The translations under genes and the position numbers were made by a program. Source: Octopus sinensis (Eukaryota). From it: 45,056 bases of DNA. Of the stretch, positions 11,368 through 23,991 are shown one piece after another (the stretch's first letter is position 1; the number at the start of each line of letters is the position of its first letter). The stretch is taken from assembly GCF_006345805.1 (NCBI RefSeq), contig NW_021834944.1, positions 1 to 45,056 on the forward strand, written 5' to 3'. The notes beneath the pieces were generated by a model, which was not told the DNA's origin, did no database searches, and worked only from the letters and a program-made list of their open reading frames with translations.

Positions 11368-12049
11368 AATAATGACGAGATACGGTCTCAACAGTTTCTT
11401 TGGATCTGTTTCGGAATTGATTCAATTATTCTGATAAAGGTCACCGTAAGATCTTAAATGCTGCTCTACACTACTATTTGCTTTGCACATTTGCTTCCCA
11501 CATTTGGTAGACAAATTAAAAGACACAATAAAAGATTTATAAAAGACAAAACAATATAAATTGTCCAAAAAAAAGACGGGTTTAAAAACTCGCTGGAAGC
11601 GTCGAGAGCTGTACATTAACTACAAATAAAAGCAATATTAATCTACATATTTATTGTAAATCTTCGACAACAACAACAACAAAAAAAAATTAAAGGAGAT
11701 GGAGAACTGGAACATAAGGTTTACATCAAAATAACAAGAATTTCTATGGTTACATTATATTACAGTGATATAATCAAATTTTAAATTATTTGTTGAAAAA
11801 TTTGTTCAAAACTGAAAATTTAACAACGAAATACAAATATATTTAAATGATAAATATATAAAAGAAATAACACCTTTCAAATGGTATAATGGAAAATGTT
11901 GGAATTGTTTTAATTTTATTATTGATATATATATACTTTTTTTAAAAATAAATTCATTTACAGATTGTCACGAAGAAATATACCAGTATCAAATAACCAT
12001 CTCTGTCATTCTTCCTATCTCTCTACTTCATTCCCGCTCTCTCTCTCTC

Positions 12050-12514
12050 AGTTGTGCGTGTATTTATATATGTATGTAGAATGTATGTGTGTGTATAAAT
12101 ATATATATTTACGTATGTATATATATACATACATCTTGTATACATATATACAAACACATATATTTATGTATATGTATATACATATATATGTACATGTGCA
12201 TATATTTATATATACATATATGGATATATATATATATTTCTATACAGAAATACATTACATACATGTACATAAGTATATTTATGTGTGTCTGTGTGTGTGT
12301 GTGTGTATTCATTTATGTTATGTTCAAATTCTTGCATGGAAGCGAGTGTGTGTGTGTGTGAACGTGTGTAAGTATAGTAAGATGTAAATCATGAGAAATT
12401 GTTATAATATTCCTGTTAAAATGCATGTTATTGTATCCTTATGTTTAAATGGTTTTAATTTCTCAATTTAACAAATATATACATACATACAAACATATGC
12501 ATACACACACACAC

Positions 12515-12561
<47 letters not shown>

Positions 12562-13046
12562 ATATATATATTATATATACATATATGTATATATATATAT
12601 TATATATATATGTATTATATATATATGTATATGTATATATATGTATATGTAATATATATGTATATGTAATATATATATTGTATATGTATATATATGTATA
12701 TGTATATGTATATGTATATATATGTTATATATATATATATGTATATATGTATATGTATATATATGTAATGTATATATATATATATATATGTTATATATAT
12801 ATATGTATATATATATATGTATATGTATATATATGTATATGTATATATATGTATATGTATATATATGTTATATATATATATGTATATGTATATATATGTA
12901 TATGTATATGTATATGTATATATGTATATGTATATTATATGTATATATGTATATGTATATATATATGTGTATATATATATGTATATATATATATGTATAT
13001 ATATATATGTATAATATATATATGTATATATATATGTATATATACA

Positions 13047-13091
<45 letters not shown>

Positions 13092-13125
13092 GTATGTATA
13101 TATATATATTTATATGGATACACAA
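12050..13125. repeat. Complex (TA)n/(TATG)n/(CA)n microsatellite region
   Basis: Direct reading; source of the Y/I/M-rich spurious ORFs. Confidence 0.95.
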
Positions 13126-13429
13126 ACACACGTGTGTACGTAGATATTTTCTCATAGCAAAGCAAGGAAGAGCACCTTGTAAGGGCAAGTTATTAAACAA
13201 AACAAACAAAAGATAAGCAAACAACAACATAAATAACAACGCTTACTGCGTCTCTTAAGAATAAAACATAAATAAAGACAAAAAATAGGCAACAAAAACA
13301 AAAAAAAACATTCTCACTGAAATGGCGATACATTCGTTATTACTAAAAATCTATAAAAATTTAAAAAAGCATGATTCGATATTAAATGGTTCCTACGACT
13401 ACTTATACTGCAAATCATTATAATAATAA

Positions 13430-13820
13430 TTCTTTCTGCTATAGACATAAGCCTGAAATTTGGGGTTGGGGGGACTAGTCGATTACATCGACCCCCAATA
13501 CTCAACTAAAGTAAAGTTTACCATGGTGGAATTTGGACTAATTATGTAAAGCCGGAAGAAATACTGATAAGCATTTGGTCCGAGGCCCCAACCAATCTGC
13601 CAGCCCGTTGCCTTATATTTTCAAATCTTGGAAGTAGGCCGTCAGTTCTGACGGAGGAGTGGAAGTAAATCGATACCATCGTCCCTAGTTTTTGATTACC
13701 GCTTTATTTTATTGGCCCTGCTAGGATGGATTGCAAAGTTGACGCTAGTAGGATTTGAACTCGGAACAAAAGAGCCGGGAAATATTGCAAGAAATTCTTT
13801 CCGACCTTACGATTCTGTCA
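13430..13820 (-). mobile_element. Two diverged SINE A copies
   Basis: Reverse-complement family A motifs (gtcgattacatcgacccc; aaagttgacg...ttgaactc). Confidence 0.65.
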
Positions 13821-14126
13821 ATCTAGTTTCTAAGGTACAAAGCAAAAAATTATAGAAAATTGCTATTTTTTACGTTTATGTATATGTTAGGTAAGATACC
13901 TGATCAGAAATCGTGTGTTGAAAGAAATATTGTTATATTTCAGGATGAGACACGCAGAATGGAGAGTCGTTGAAGAGGTCACAGGATGTGTGGCGAAATA
14001 TATATTTGAGACAAAGAAAGCTAAAATAAGAACAATAATAAAGCTGAAGTAAAGAACGAATATACAGTGCGTGTGTTTATGTTGGAAAACCAAATGACCG
14101 TCCCGAACTATAACATTATTTTAATA

Positions 14127-14476
14127 TTTTGTTTGAGTCAAAACTTTTACGACATTTTGTTAACTCGCGACATTTTTCATTACTCGTTACAACAAAAACA
14201 GCCGAGCAATATTACTTGTTCCGATCCGTGGCTCATTCCCTTGCGCTCGCGACGCTTCATCAACCAAGAAGAGTTAAAAGCTTCAATGAAGGAGTTCTTC
14301 GCCTTGAAGGACAAGAAATGGCACGAGAATGAGATCAAAACACTGACAGAAATGGGATTTGGAACGACGGTGCTACACGATGGCCTCTACAATGAATGCC
14401 AGACTGTTTTTGTGGTAATTTGATGAATAAAGCAAATAAGTTACCAAAATATTGCAAAATATTTGACTCGACACAA
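14127..14476 (+). mobile_element. Internally deleted mariner element with both TIRs
   Basis: TIR ttgtttgagtcaaaacttttacgacattttgttaact vs reverse complement of right end ttgtgtcgagtcaaatattttgcaatattttggtaact; YYLFRSVAHSL / RRFINQEELKASMKEFFALKDKKW is a mariner C-terminus. Confidence 0.8.
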
Positions 14477-14714
14477 CAAATGCGCCCGGCTGTCCACGAT
14501 GTCTTCATTATTACGAGCCATTTGTTTCTACCAACTCAGTTTTGGCAAATGTGAATTCATTCCCTTCACCAGGAACACAAAATCAGCTACGCACCAGGTT
14601 TAAATAGCGTGGATAATTTATCTTTTAACAACCAAAAGCCAAGAGTCTATTACATAAACAGTACTCCTATAGAAGATGTTGTGTCGCGACACAGCTTTAT
14701 ATATTTAGCTTTAA

Positions 14715-15099
14715 TCTCTCTATATACAAAGCTGAAGTTGTCTGTGTATGGCAGGTTTGGTAGCCTTCAACTAACACTATCTCCTCCGAGACCCTGCGGC
14801 GCAAGTTGACCAAAATTGAGAGTATGATAGAAGGCTTGCTCTTCCTTCCATAGAAGAAAAAATTCAAATCGGACAGTGTTAAGACCAAAAACTATTTACA
14901 TCAAAAAGGTGATTTTTTTCTACGAAAGTCCCTATTTTTTTACGATTTTTTGACTGCTGTGTCGCCATTTTTCGGTGTATTTCAACCAGAAAAATATTCA
15001 CTTAAAGAGAATAACAAGCTACATAATGCAAAATTTTTACTTTTCAAAAATTCCAATTCTAAAGGGTTGAAACAAACCCAATCAACGCGATACTGCTAG
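14715..15099 (+). mobile_element. Non-autonomous Helitron-like element
   Basis: 5' TC start after A; 3' end ...caacgcgatactgCTAG|t shared with the 41990-42378 copy. Confidence 0.65.
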
Positions 15100-15636
15100 T
15101 AATTTAATAAAATGAAATGTTGAAATGGCGGACACAGTAAAACAGAAAAAGAAAGCATTTAGAGACTATATCTCAACGGCTGACCACTACTTCCGGAATA
15201 AATGTGACCGCCATTGATACAAAAAGAAAAGAAACCTGTGAGTGGTGTAATGAATGTATTGCAAAAATACAGATGTTACATGAGAGGTTTACCAAGTTTT
15301 GTTTGACAACACTGGTAAGCAGAGGGCGCCCACATCGATCGTCTGCAACTGTCAGTAGAAACTTGAGGAGTTTTATTTTTGTTCCGTTTATTGTGAATTA
15401 CACTTTGGAATATGGAATTATGTTGAAGAAAATTTTTCTAGGCAGCAAATTGATTAAATGAGCTAATGCTTCTAGTAGCTAAGTGTTGCGATCGAATACA
15501 ATAAGCGAATGCAAAATAATCAATGATGTTTCTCGGTCGATAATTCAACTTATAAGTAGAATATCAGACGTCCCAAAATATAAAAACTCATGAGCCAAGT
15601 CGGGTTGATTTAGTGCGAATGAAATAAGAAAGTCAA

Positions 15637-15674
<38 letters not shown>

Positions 15675-16205
15675 ATTTTGTATTTTTATCTAGTTTCAGC
15701 TCACAAGCTGTGGCCATGCTGGGGCACCGCCATTTGGAGTTGCTACATGATTTTACTTCACGAATGCTTTTTAGCAATTGCCATTTGGTGCATGAGAGAG
15801 TTCAATGCAGCTGCCCTCATCTACACCTCCTGCCGTGAAGTCGGTTCATCTGGGACACCTGACAAGAAGAGATCCAGTTTTATTTTAAAGACATCTGCAT
15901 CCACCCCATGCAGGTCTCTTAGGTTCTTCGGGAGGATATTGAAGAGCTGTGAGCCTCGGAAGCCCAGGCTATCACATCATCTTGTCTTACATACATCTTG
16001 ATGGCAAATTTGGAGTCCTTGGCACTATGCAGTGGCGTCCAGTTCTGGCATTTGTGTAACTCTCGATGCCAAAGTTTGGGACAAGTCCTAAGAACTTCCA
16101 GATGTATATTATGGCATATCTTTCTCGCCTACGCTCTAAGGAATAGAGTCTCAGTCTCTTGAGTCTTTCCCAATAGCTTATATGCTGCACAGAGGCTATC
16201 TTCTT

Positions 16206-16208
<3 letters not shown>
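15675..16208 (-). mobile_element. CR1-group LINE 3' fragment (ORF2 C-terminus + 3' UTR)
   Basis: SYWERLKRLRLYSLERRRERYAIIYIWK...LFNILPKNLRDL...FKIKLDLFLSGVPDEP. Confidence 0.85.
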
Positions 16209-16248
<40 letters not shown>

Positions 16249-16518
16249 TATATTTGTTTGTTTGCTTATCTATTTATTTATTTATGTTCATTTCTGCTGT
16301 TGCTGGAAAATTTGGGTCTGTTTCCAATAACGATGACGTCGTATTATTTCAAATATATGCACGTTTACGACATTTGCAGACATGCAGATATATGTATATC
16401 TACTTTCATATATATATGTATATGTATATCTACTTTCATATATATATATATGTACACATATATATACATATATATATATGTACATATATTTATATATATA
16501 TGTACATATATTTATATT

Positions 16519-16566
<48 letters not shown>

Positions 16567-16684
16567 ATATGGCGTGAAGTATATTTGCCACTTCACTGTG
16601 GCTAACCCTCGCTCAGAGATTTATGATATATGAATATGCTTATCTATATATATATATATTAGTATGTGTGTATGTATGTATGTC

Positions 16685-16718
<34 letters not shown>

Positions 16719-17097
16719 ATATATATATACATAATTATTCATATGTATATGTTCATATATATCTTATTTATGTATGTAAGTTTTAAAAGTGTTTGCTGTA
16801 GATGTTATATCTTTGCATATGCTCTGGTATCAATATGTAGTTTATACAGTGACATGTTTGTATATATAATGTCAGAATATATACATGCTTAAAAGATTAT
16901 GCTTAAACATACATAAATACGTATAACTGTGTGTATGTACGTATGTCTATGTGCAAAAATTACCATGCATACATATAAATATATGTGCGCTTATAATTAT
17001 GTACATATGCGAGTGCTATATCCCATGTGAACATATCCACAGTTACATACGCACACTCACATGCAATATATAAACATTATATATATATATATATATA

Positions 17098-17138
<41 letters not shown>

Positions 17139-17589
17139 GTGTGTATATATATATATGTATATATGTGTATATATATTATATGTATATATATATGTATATA
17201 TGTGTGTATATATATATGTATATATGTGTATATATATATATGTTATATATATGTATATATGTGCATACATATATGTATATATATGTATATATATATGTAT
17301 ATATGTGTATATATATGTATATATATGTATATATATGTGTATATATAATATGTATATATATGTATATATATATATGTACATATATTTATATATATATATA
17401 TGTATATATATTATGTGTGTGTATATATATATGTATATATTTATATATATATATATGTGTATATATATATGTATATATATGTATATATGTGTGTATATAT
17501 ATATGTATATATATATGTATATATGTGTGTATATATATATGTATATATATATATATTTATATATATATATGTGTTATATATATACATAT

Positions 17590-17620
<31 letters not shown>

Positions 17621-17830
17621 ATATGTGTATATATATACATATTTATATATACATATATATAAATATATAAGTATATATATATGTATACATACATATAAGT
17701 ATTGTTCACATATATTTTTTATACAAATAAGCAAACGTATATAAATATATATCATATTCACACAGATGCATGTATTTACGTATGTTTATATAAGTATATA
17801 TATATATATATATACATACATACATATACG
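16208..17830. repeat. Complex (TA)n/(TATG)n/(TG)n microsatellite region
   Basis: Direct reading. Confidence 0.93.
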
Positions 17831-18739
17831 CAATAACATTATCGTTATACATATGTATGTCTATAGGTACATATGGATGTGTGTTAGTGTGTGAGAAGGA
17901 GATAGGGTGTATATTGCCACAAAGATATTGAAACCAGACACTATATTTTGACTTTTTGTCACAACTAGCACCAGTTGATAATCAATTACCACACAATGAA
18001 ATTAAGATTTTTCCAGAAGTTTCGTAAATTCTTTGTCTTTCTCTCTTTGTCTTTCTTTTTTTGTCTTTTTCGTACACACTCTGACTCCTCCGCGCCACAC
18101 ATTTTCATAAGCAAAAACAAACAAACAAACAAGATTACGCCATCTCTAAAATACATACATAGATATATATATATATATATTCATAGACATTCAGCCTATA
18201 TCAAAGTCTCTCCTTTATTCACGTAAACAAGTACGCACATTCGAATAAAAATAATAGGGCAACTTGACAGTTTATGCTTGAAAGCAACTAGTCTAAACAG
18301 GCATTGTTTCTGATGCCGCTACTGTTCTCATGATTAACAAAGGTTGTAAGAAGATACACCGACGGAATGCACCAGAACGATTTGGCTGCAGATTGTTCTT
18401 GTTGAACTCAACCTCAATGCAAATGCTGAAGCTAACGAGATGGAAATTCTATCATGTGAAATCAATGTGTTAAGTGCTGTTGTGATTTTCGGTTGAAACT
18501 ATTTCACACAAAATATGCTGTCACTTTTACTGTTAAACTTAATATGCAACGTTGTTCAAAACCACACATGGGCGCTTGAGAACCTCTGACAGAATTTCCG
18601 CGGTTGAAGGACAAATGAACTAATAGAATGCAGTCCTCATTCTACTTGCTTAAAATGTGGGCTTTTCTTATCAGCGCTATATTTATGATTTTGCTTAATA
18701 TTTTGAACCATGGCCTCGTCGTTAAGTTTTAGTTACTAC

Positions 18740-18960
18740 TTTTTTTTCATCATATCAAGCGTTCGAATAATTACTGGTATTGTTTCCTCTTCAATGCCAC
18801 ACATTCTACTTATTCCCATTTCAAAATCTTTGTATGATCCTTAACAGGTTTTCTGCCTCTTTCCGGGTAACATATGATCAATTTTAACACTCCTACCAGA
18901 TCCATGATTGATTTCAGAGATGCTTCATTTTGTTACAAGAATTCGGATCATCATCCCATT
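18740..18960 (-). mobile_element. Decayed RLE-type LINE C-terminus
   Basis: Minus translation YKDFEMGISRMW / ETIPVIIRTL resembles 'KYKDL..EI.RMW....IPVIIGALG'. Confidence 0.5.
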
Positions 18961-19421
18961 ATCATTACTTCGAATACTTTTGTTCTGCAATCTATGAGAT
19001 CCAGTTTTCAAAGGTGGATGCCGACCAACTCTTCAATCGTATTAGATTTGAAGGTATACACATAACCGATAGTTAAGAGTTTTGCTTCACAACTAGAGGT
19101 ATTGAGCTTGGACCTAATATGAAGCATTTTTGGTAAGTGTCTTCATAACTTCGGAACAACCTCTGGCTTGAAAGTGATTTGGAGCAAATGAAATCAGTCT
19201 GGGAGTACATCGTATGGGCTATACCTGTAATTAAAAATTGCTTTGAGAGTACGTGTCTGTGGAATACTCGAACACCTGGCACGGTAATTCAGCAAATAGG
19301 TTGCACACTTGGTAGAACAACAGGCGTTTATACATCAAAACCAATAAGAAGTCCATCATGTGTATAATGTATACAAAATACTATAAACTTCAAACAGATC
19401 GATTCTGTAAAAGTATAATAA

Positions 19422-19734
19422 AAAAACGATAGACGTCGCCCTTTTCAAGCCTAGCCAGGCTCATGGGTCCGGTTTCCCGGTTTCTGTGGCGTATGTGTTC
19501 CCCCCAGCTGGACGGGACGCCAGTCCATCGCAGCGTTACTCAAGAAACAGGAAGAGAGAGTGAGAGAAAGTTGGGGCGAAAAAGTACAACAGAGCTCACC
19601 ACCACCCCCTGCCGGAGCTTCATGAAACTTTTAGGTGTTTTTGCACAATAAACACACACAACGCCCGGTCTGGGAATCGAAAGCGCGATCCTCCGACCGC
19701 GAGTCCGCTGCCCTAACCATGGGCCATTGCCACC
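19422..19734 (-). mobile_element. SINE family C, short-tail variant, 14-bp TSD
   Basis: Head gcaatggcccatggttagggcagcggactcgcggtc...ggtttcgattccc-like; TSD taaaagtataataa at 19408-19421 and 19735-19748. Confidence 0.85.
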
Positions 19735-20014
19735 TAAAAGTATAATAATGGATGTTTACTTTCACCCAATAAGCGATGAAAAGGAAGCATGGTCTCAAGA
19801 TACCAAAATCAGGTGGAGTAGTCTTGGGCAGGTTTTCTCAGCGTTTGTTGGTCATGAATCCTTTAGGAACTCTCGTTGTATCTGGAAGTAGGCGGAACCT
19901 TGTTCTTTTAGTTGCCAGGTTTATTGATAAACCCGATGATGACTTTTTTTCTATGGAATTTGAAAGATTTTTATTTGTAAATAGAGTCTCGTTTTCAAAC
20001 TGATTTCTGTAGCT

Positions 20015-20401
20015 CCTCTTTTACTCTTTTACTTGCTTCAGTCATTTGACTGTGGCCATGCTGGAGCATCGCCTTTAGTCAAGCAAATCGACCCCAGGAC
20101 TTATTCTTTGTAAGCCTAGTACTTATTCTATTGGTTTCTTTGGCCGAACCGCTGAGTTTCGGGGACGGTTGTCACGCGACGTTGGGGGGACAAACACAGA
20201 CACACAAACATATATGCACCCACATACACATACATATATATATATATATATATACATATATACGACGGGCTTCTTTTAGTTTCCTTCTTCCAAATCCACT
20301 CACAAGGCTTTGGTTGGCCCGGGGCTATAGTAGAAGACACTTGTCCAAGATGCCACGCAGTAGGACTGAACCCGGAAGCATGTGGTTGGTAAGCAAGCCA
20401 C
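20015..20401 (-). mobile_element. SINE family B lacking its 5' A-box
   Basis: Near-identical to the other B copies. Confidence 0.88.
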
Positions 20402-20733
20402 CCACTATCTTTTAATTCTTCTTTCACAAATACTGCATGATACAACAAAATCCTGATAAAGTACAGCCATTCTGCAATATGCCAAGGCAAATAACTAAGA
20501 ATACGACACAATACACATAATCTGTCGTTACATTCGGAGAGCCTGTCAGCAAGGTTTTCTTTAGGGATGTGGAGGCCAAACGCCTCCGGCTGAAAATAGC
20601 AAACTTTCTGTATCACTGGCGCTTAGCCTCAAGAAAAGCAAGATTTCGGTCTGAACCGAAATATTGACAATTACATAAATATATATATGTATATATATAT
20701 ATAGATCTGTGATTATCTGATAAAATGTGGGTT

Positions 20734-21060
20734 GTAGCTTGCTTACCAACCACATGGTTCCGGGTTCAGTCCCACTGCGTGGCATCTTGGGCGAGTGTCT
20801 TCTGCTATAGCCCCGGGCCGACCAATGCCTTGTGGGGGGATTTGGTAGACGGAAACTGAAAGAAGCCTGTCGTATATATGTATATATATATGTGTTTGTC
20901 CCCCTAGCATTGCTTGACAACCGTTGCTGGTGTGTTGCAAAAGCAACCGATAGAATAAGTACTGGGCTTACAAAGAATAAGTCCCGGGGTCGATTTGTTC
21001 GACTAAAGGCGGTGCTCCAGCATGGCCGCAGTCAAATGACTGAAACAAGTAAAAGAAGAA
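20734..21060 (+). mobile_element. SINE family B lacking its 5' A-box
   Basis: gtagcttgcttaccaaccacatggttccgggttcagtccc ... ggcggtgctccagcatggccgcagtcaaatgactgaaac. Confidence 0.88.
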
Positions 21061-21353
21061 AAGAAGAAGAAAGAATATGTAGAAAAATACAAACTTGGAC
21101 AAGAACGTAAAACATTTAGAAGACGATACAAAAAACACGGACGGGACATTCGAAGCCTTCAATCTTCAGTCAAGAACCGGATCATCCTCGCAATTTCGGC
21201 TGATATATATATATGTTTCATGTTACGCTAAGACGAGTGGAGCAAAGTACCAGACTTTCGACTCGAGTCAAATGTAACATATGACACAAACATGAGTCTT
21301 ACGTAGTTAATTACTTCAAAGTATTATAATTTGGTTTGACTTGATTATTACAT

Positions 21354-21363
21354 GTGTGTGTGT

Positions 21364-21446
<83 letters not shown>

Positions 21447-21472
21447 GTGTGTGTGCGTGCGTGTGTGTGTGC
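21354..21472. repeat. (GT)n microsatellite
   Basis: Direct reading. Confidence 0.95.
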
Positions 21473-22012
21473 ATATATTATACCACTTGCTAGTTTGTAA
21501 TTAAGTCCGGTCTCCTTAATTAAGTGTTGGGAATATTTTTACAAATTAGGAAATTAATATAAATATTTAATTTCAATAAATATAATTTAAGATCTCGAAA
21601 CTTTATGAGAAGGAACGTTTAGAAGACTCAAGTATAGTAGCGACAAGAAGTTTTAATTACTCACAGGAAGTGCAAATTACGTTCTTCTATATATTACTAC
21701 ACTTTTAGATACATAATACAGATATGCTTATTATATTTGTGCGTGTGAATACTCACACATATATGCATGCATGTATATTTATATATATGTATATATATAT
21801 TTATATGTATATATATATATGAATATATGTATACACACACACACACACATATATATACATACATATATACGTAAGTGTGTGTGCGTGTGCACGTGCGGTT
21901 GTGCACTTTTATGTGTGCATATATATAAAATATAGATAGATAGATATAATTATCTATCTAGGTAGATTATATATATATATGTATGTATATATATAATATA
22001 TATATTATATAT

Positions 22013-22075
<63 letters not shown>

Positions 22076-22277
22076 CGATAGGTGAATAAATTATCCTATG
22101 TTTACCGTCAGCATGGAAAATTCGATGAACCGATAGCACGGTTGCAAATTCACGTCAGAAACACGGTGGAGCGACCTGTCAGAGGGTAGAAACTCCGGGT
22201 TCATGTACAGAAATTTGTGTTATATATGAATAGATAAAAGAATGGAGTCGAACGAAGATGCTAGCAAAATTCATTTA

Positions 22278-22359
22278 CTCTCAACATATGTTTCGAAGAC
22301 AACATAGTTTCATTCCAAAGGAATAAAGGGTGCAAGATGCAATCTTCTCATCAGGAAAG
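22278..22359 (-). ncRNA. Type I hammerhead ribozyme motif (left arm)
   Basis: Minus strand: cuuuc-CUGAUGA-gaaga...ucuuc-GAAA-cauaug-UU-gagag; cleavage triplet GUU. Confidence 0.72.
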
Positions 22360-22428
22360 AAAGGGAACCTCTCTCAACAACAAGCAGTCATCGAAATTTG
22401 TGTCGTGTTGTTGAGAGAGGCTCCCTTT

Positions 22429-22510
22429 CTTTCCTGATGAGAAGATTGCATCTTGCACCCTTTATTCCTTTGGGATGAAACTATGTTGTCTTCGAAACAT
22501 ATGTCGAAAG
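22429..22510 (+). ncRNA. Type I hammerhead ribozyme motif (right arm), canonical core
   Basis: Stem I ctttc(22429-33)/gaaag(22506-10); CTGATGA 22434-40; stem II gaaga/tcttc; GAAA 22494-97; palindromic stem III ACATATGT; GUC cleavage triplet ending 22505. Confidence 0.82.
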
Positions 22511-22557
22511 TAAAGGAATTTTGCTAACATCTTCGTTCGACTCCATTCTTTTATCTA

Positions 22558-22623
<66 letters not shown>

Positions 22624-22669
22624 ATGTATAATTAAGAGAAATAATCTCTATTAAGTAATATATATATAT

Positions 22670-22810
22670 AACTGGTACTTAATTATCGACCCCGAAAAGA
22701 TCAAAGGCAAAGTCGACCTCGGCGGAATTTGAACTCAGAACGTAAAGGCAGACGAAATAACGCTAAGCTTTTCGCCTGGCGTGCTGACGTTTCTGCCACC
22801 ACACCGCCTT
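22670..22810 (-). mobile_element. SINE A 5' part
   Basis: Family A head and core. Confidence 0.8.
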
Positions 22811-23364
22811 TTCACGCCCGTATATTAATTTACGGATCATCCGGTGCTTGACTCCCAAATGAACGAAATAATTACCAATGATTGTTTGTGACCAATGCAA
22901 ACGGATAAATCGCGGCCATTCTTTAAAGAAATATCTGTGCGACTCATCAAGAAAAATCGCAGTAACACGAGTGGGGGGCATTCAGTGTATTCCAGTGTGA
23001 AATTTGGCGTAAATAATTGGAAGAAAGAAGCACCAAGAAAGACTAAACGTCCATTACATTTATAGAGGTATCTTGCTCTGGGTGTTTATTTATATAATCT
23101 TGTGTTTCTTAGCAATAATTCGAGACCTTCTTTAGCAATTTCTTGCAGTCTATTTCTTCTTTAGTCGCCATGTTTTTTATATTTCCCTCTCTTTTCGTGA
23201 GATTCTTGAAGTGTTTTTCAGTTAAATTTACCTCCCCTTCACTCCCTACTTAACTTTTATATATCTCTCACTCCGCCTCATTCTCTCCCTCTCCCATTGT
23301 CTCTCTCATTCTTTCTATCTTTTTCCCTGTAAAATAAATATGTGCGTATGCATTTATGTTTGAG

Positions 23365-23470
23365 TGTGTATGTATATATATATATATATATGTGTATGTA
23401 TGTATATATATGTGTGTGTGTGTATGCATGTATACGTGTACATATAGGCATATATATATGTCTGTATACG

Positions 23471-23501
<31 letters not shown>

Positions 23502-23633
23502 GATACATATATGATATATATGATATATCATAATAATATATATATATATAATATATATATATATTATATATATATATATATGATACATATATGATATATA
23601 TATGATATATATAATATATATCATAATATATAT

Positions 23634-23681
<48 letters not shown>

Positions 23682-23710
23682 ACATATATGATATATATAT
23701 ATATAGATAT

Positions 23711-23742
<32 letters not shown>

Positions 23743-23765
23743 ATATATATATATACGATATAGTG
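23365..23765. repeat. Complex (TA)n microsatellite with recurring atatgatacatatatgat unit
   Basis: Direct reading. Confidence 0.92.
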
Positions 23766-23921
23766 TATATTTAAACACATAAGGAATCCACTTATAGGAA
23801 TTGAACACGCTTGAAAGAACAGCTAGGTTCTATAACCACAAAAATTAGGGATAAAATTCGACAGGACCGAATTGAAAAATGAAAAACATTTTACCATCTA
23901 TATATATATATACATACATAC

Positions 23922-23991
23922 ATGTATGTATGTATGTATGTATGTATGTATGTATGTATGTATGTATGTATGTATGTATGTATGTATGTAT
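23922..23991. repeat. (TATG)n microsatellite
   Basis: Direct reading. Confidence 0.95.

Larger units (their letters stand above)
22221..22567. repeat. Long palindrome: ~162-bp inverted arms with a 23-nt spacer
   Basis: 22221-22382 is the reverse complement of 22406-22567, about 6 mismatches by eye. Confidence 0.95.

Noticed and set aside
11965-17761. Many long Y/I/M/C/V-rich ORFs (up to 211 aa), also at 23268-23808 and 33560-33971
   Set aside because: Translations of (TA)n/(TATG)n microsatellites, which lack stop codons
20128-20616. 162-aa ORF / possible exon PEAFGLHIPKENLADRLSE after a good acceptor
   Set aside because: Over half is SINE B; joining the phase-1 candidate exon gives a stop after 9 codons; donor is weak; no recognisable protein
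21075-21205. Minus-strand CTGAAGA...cttcgaatgtc segment next to (TA)n
   Set aside because: Stems cannot be drawn convincingly; may be a repeat fragment but is not supportable as a ribozyme
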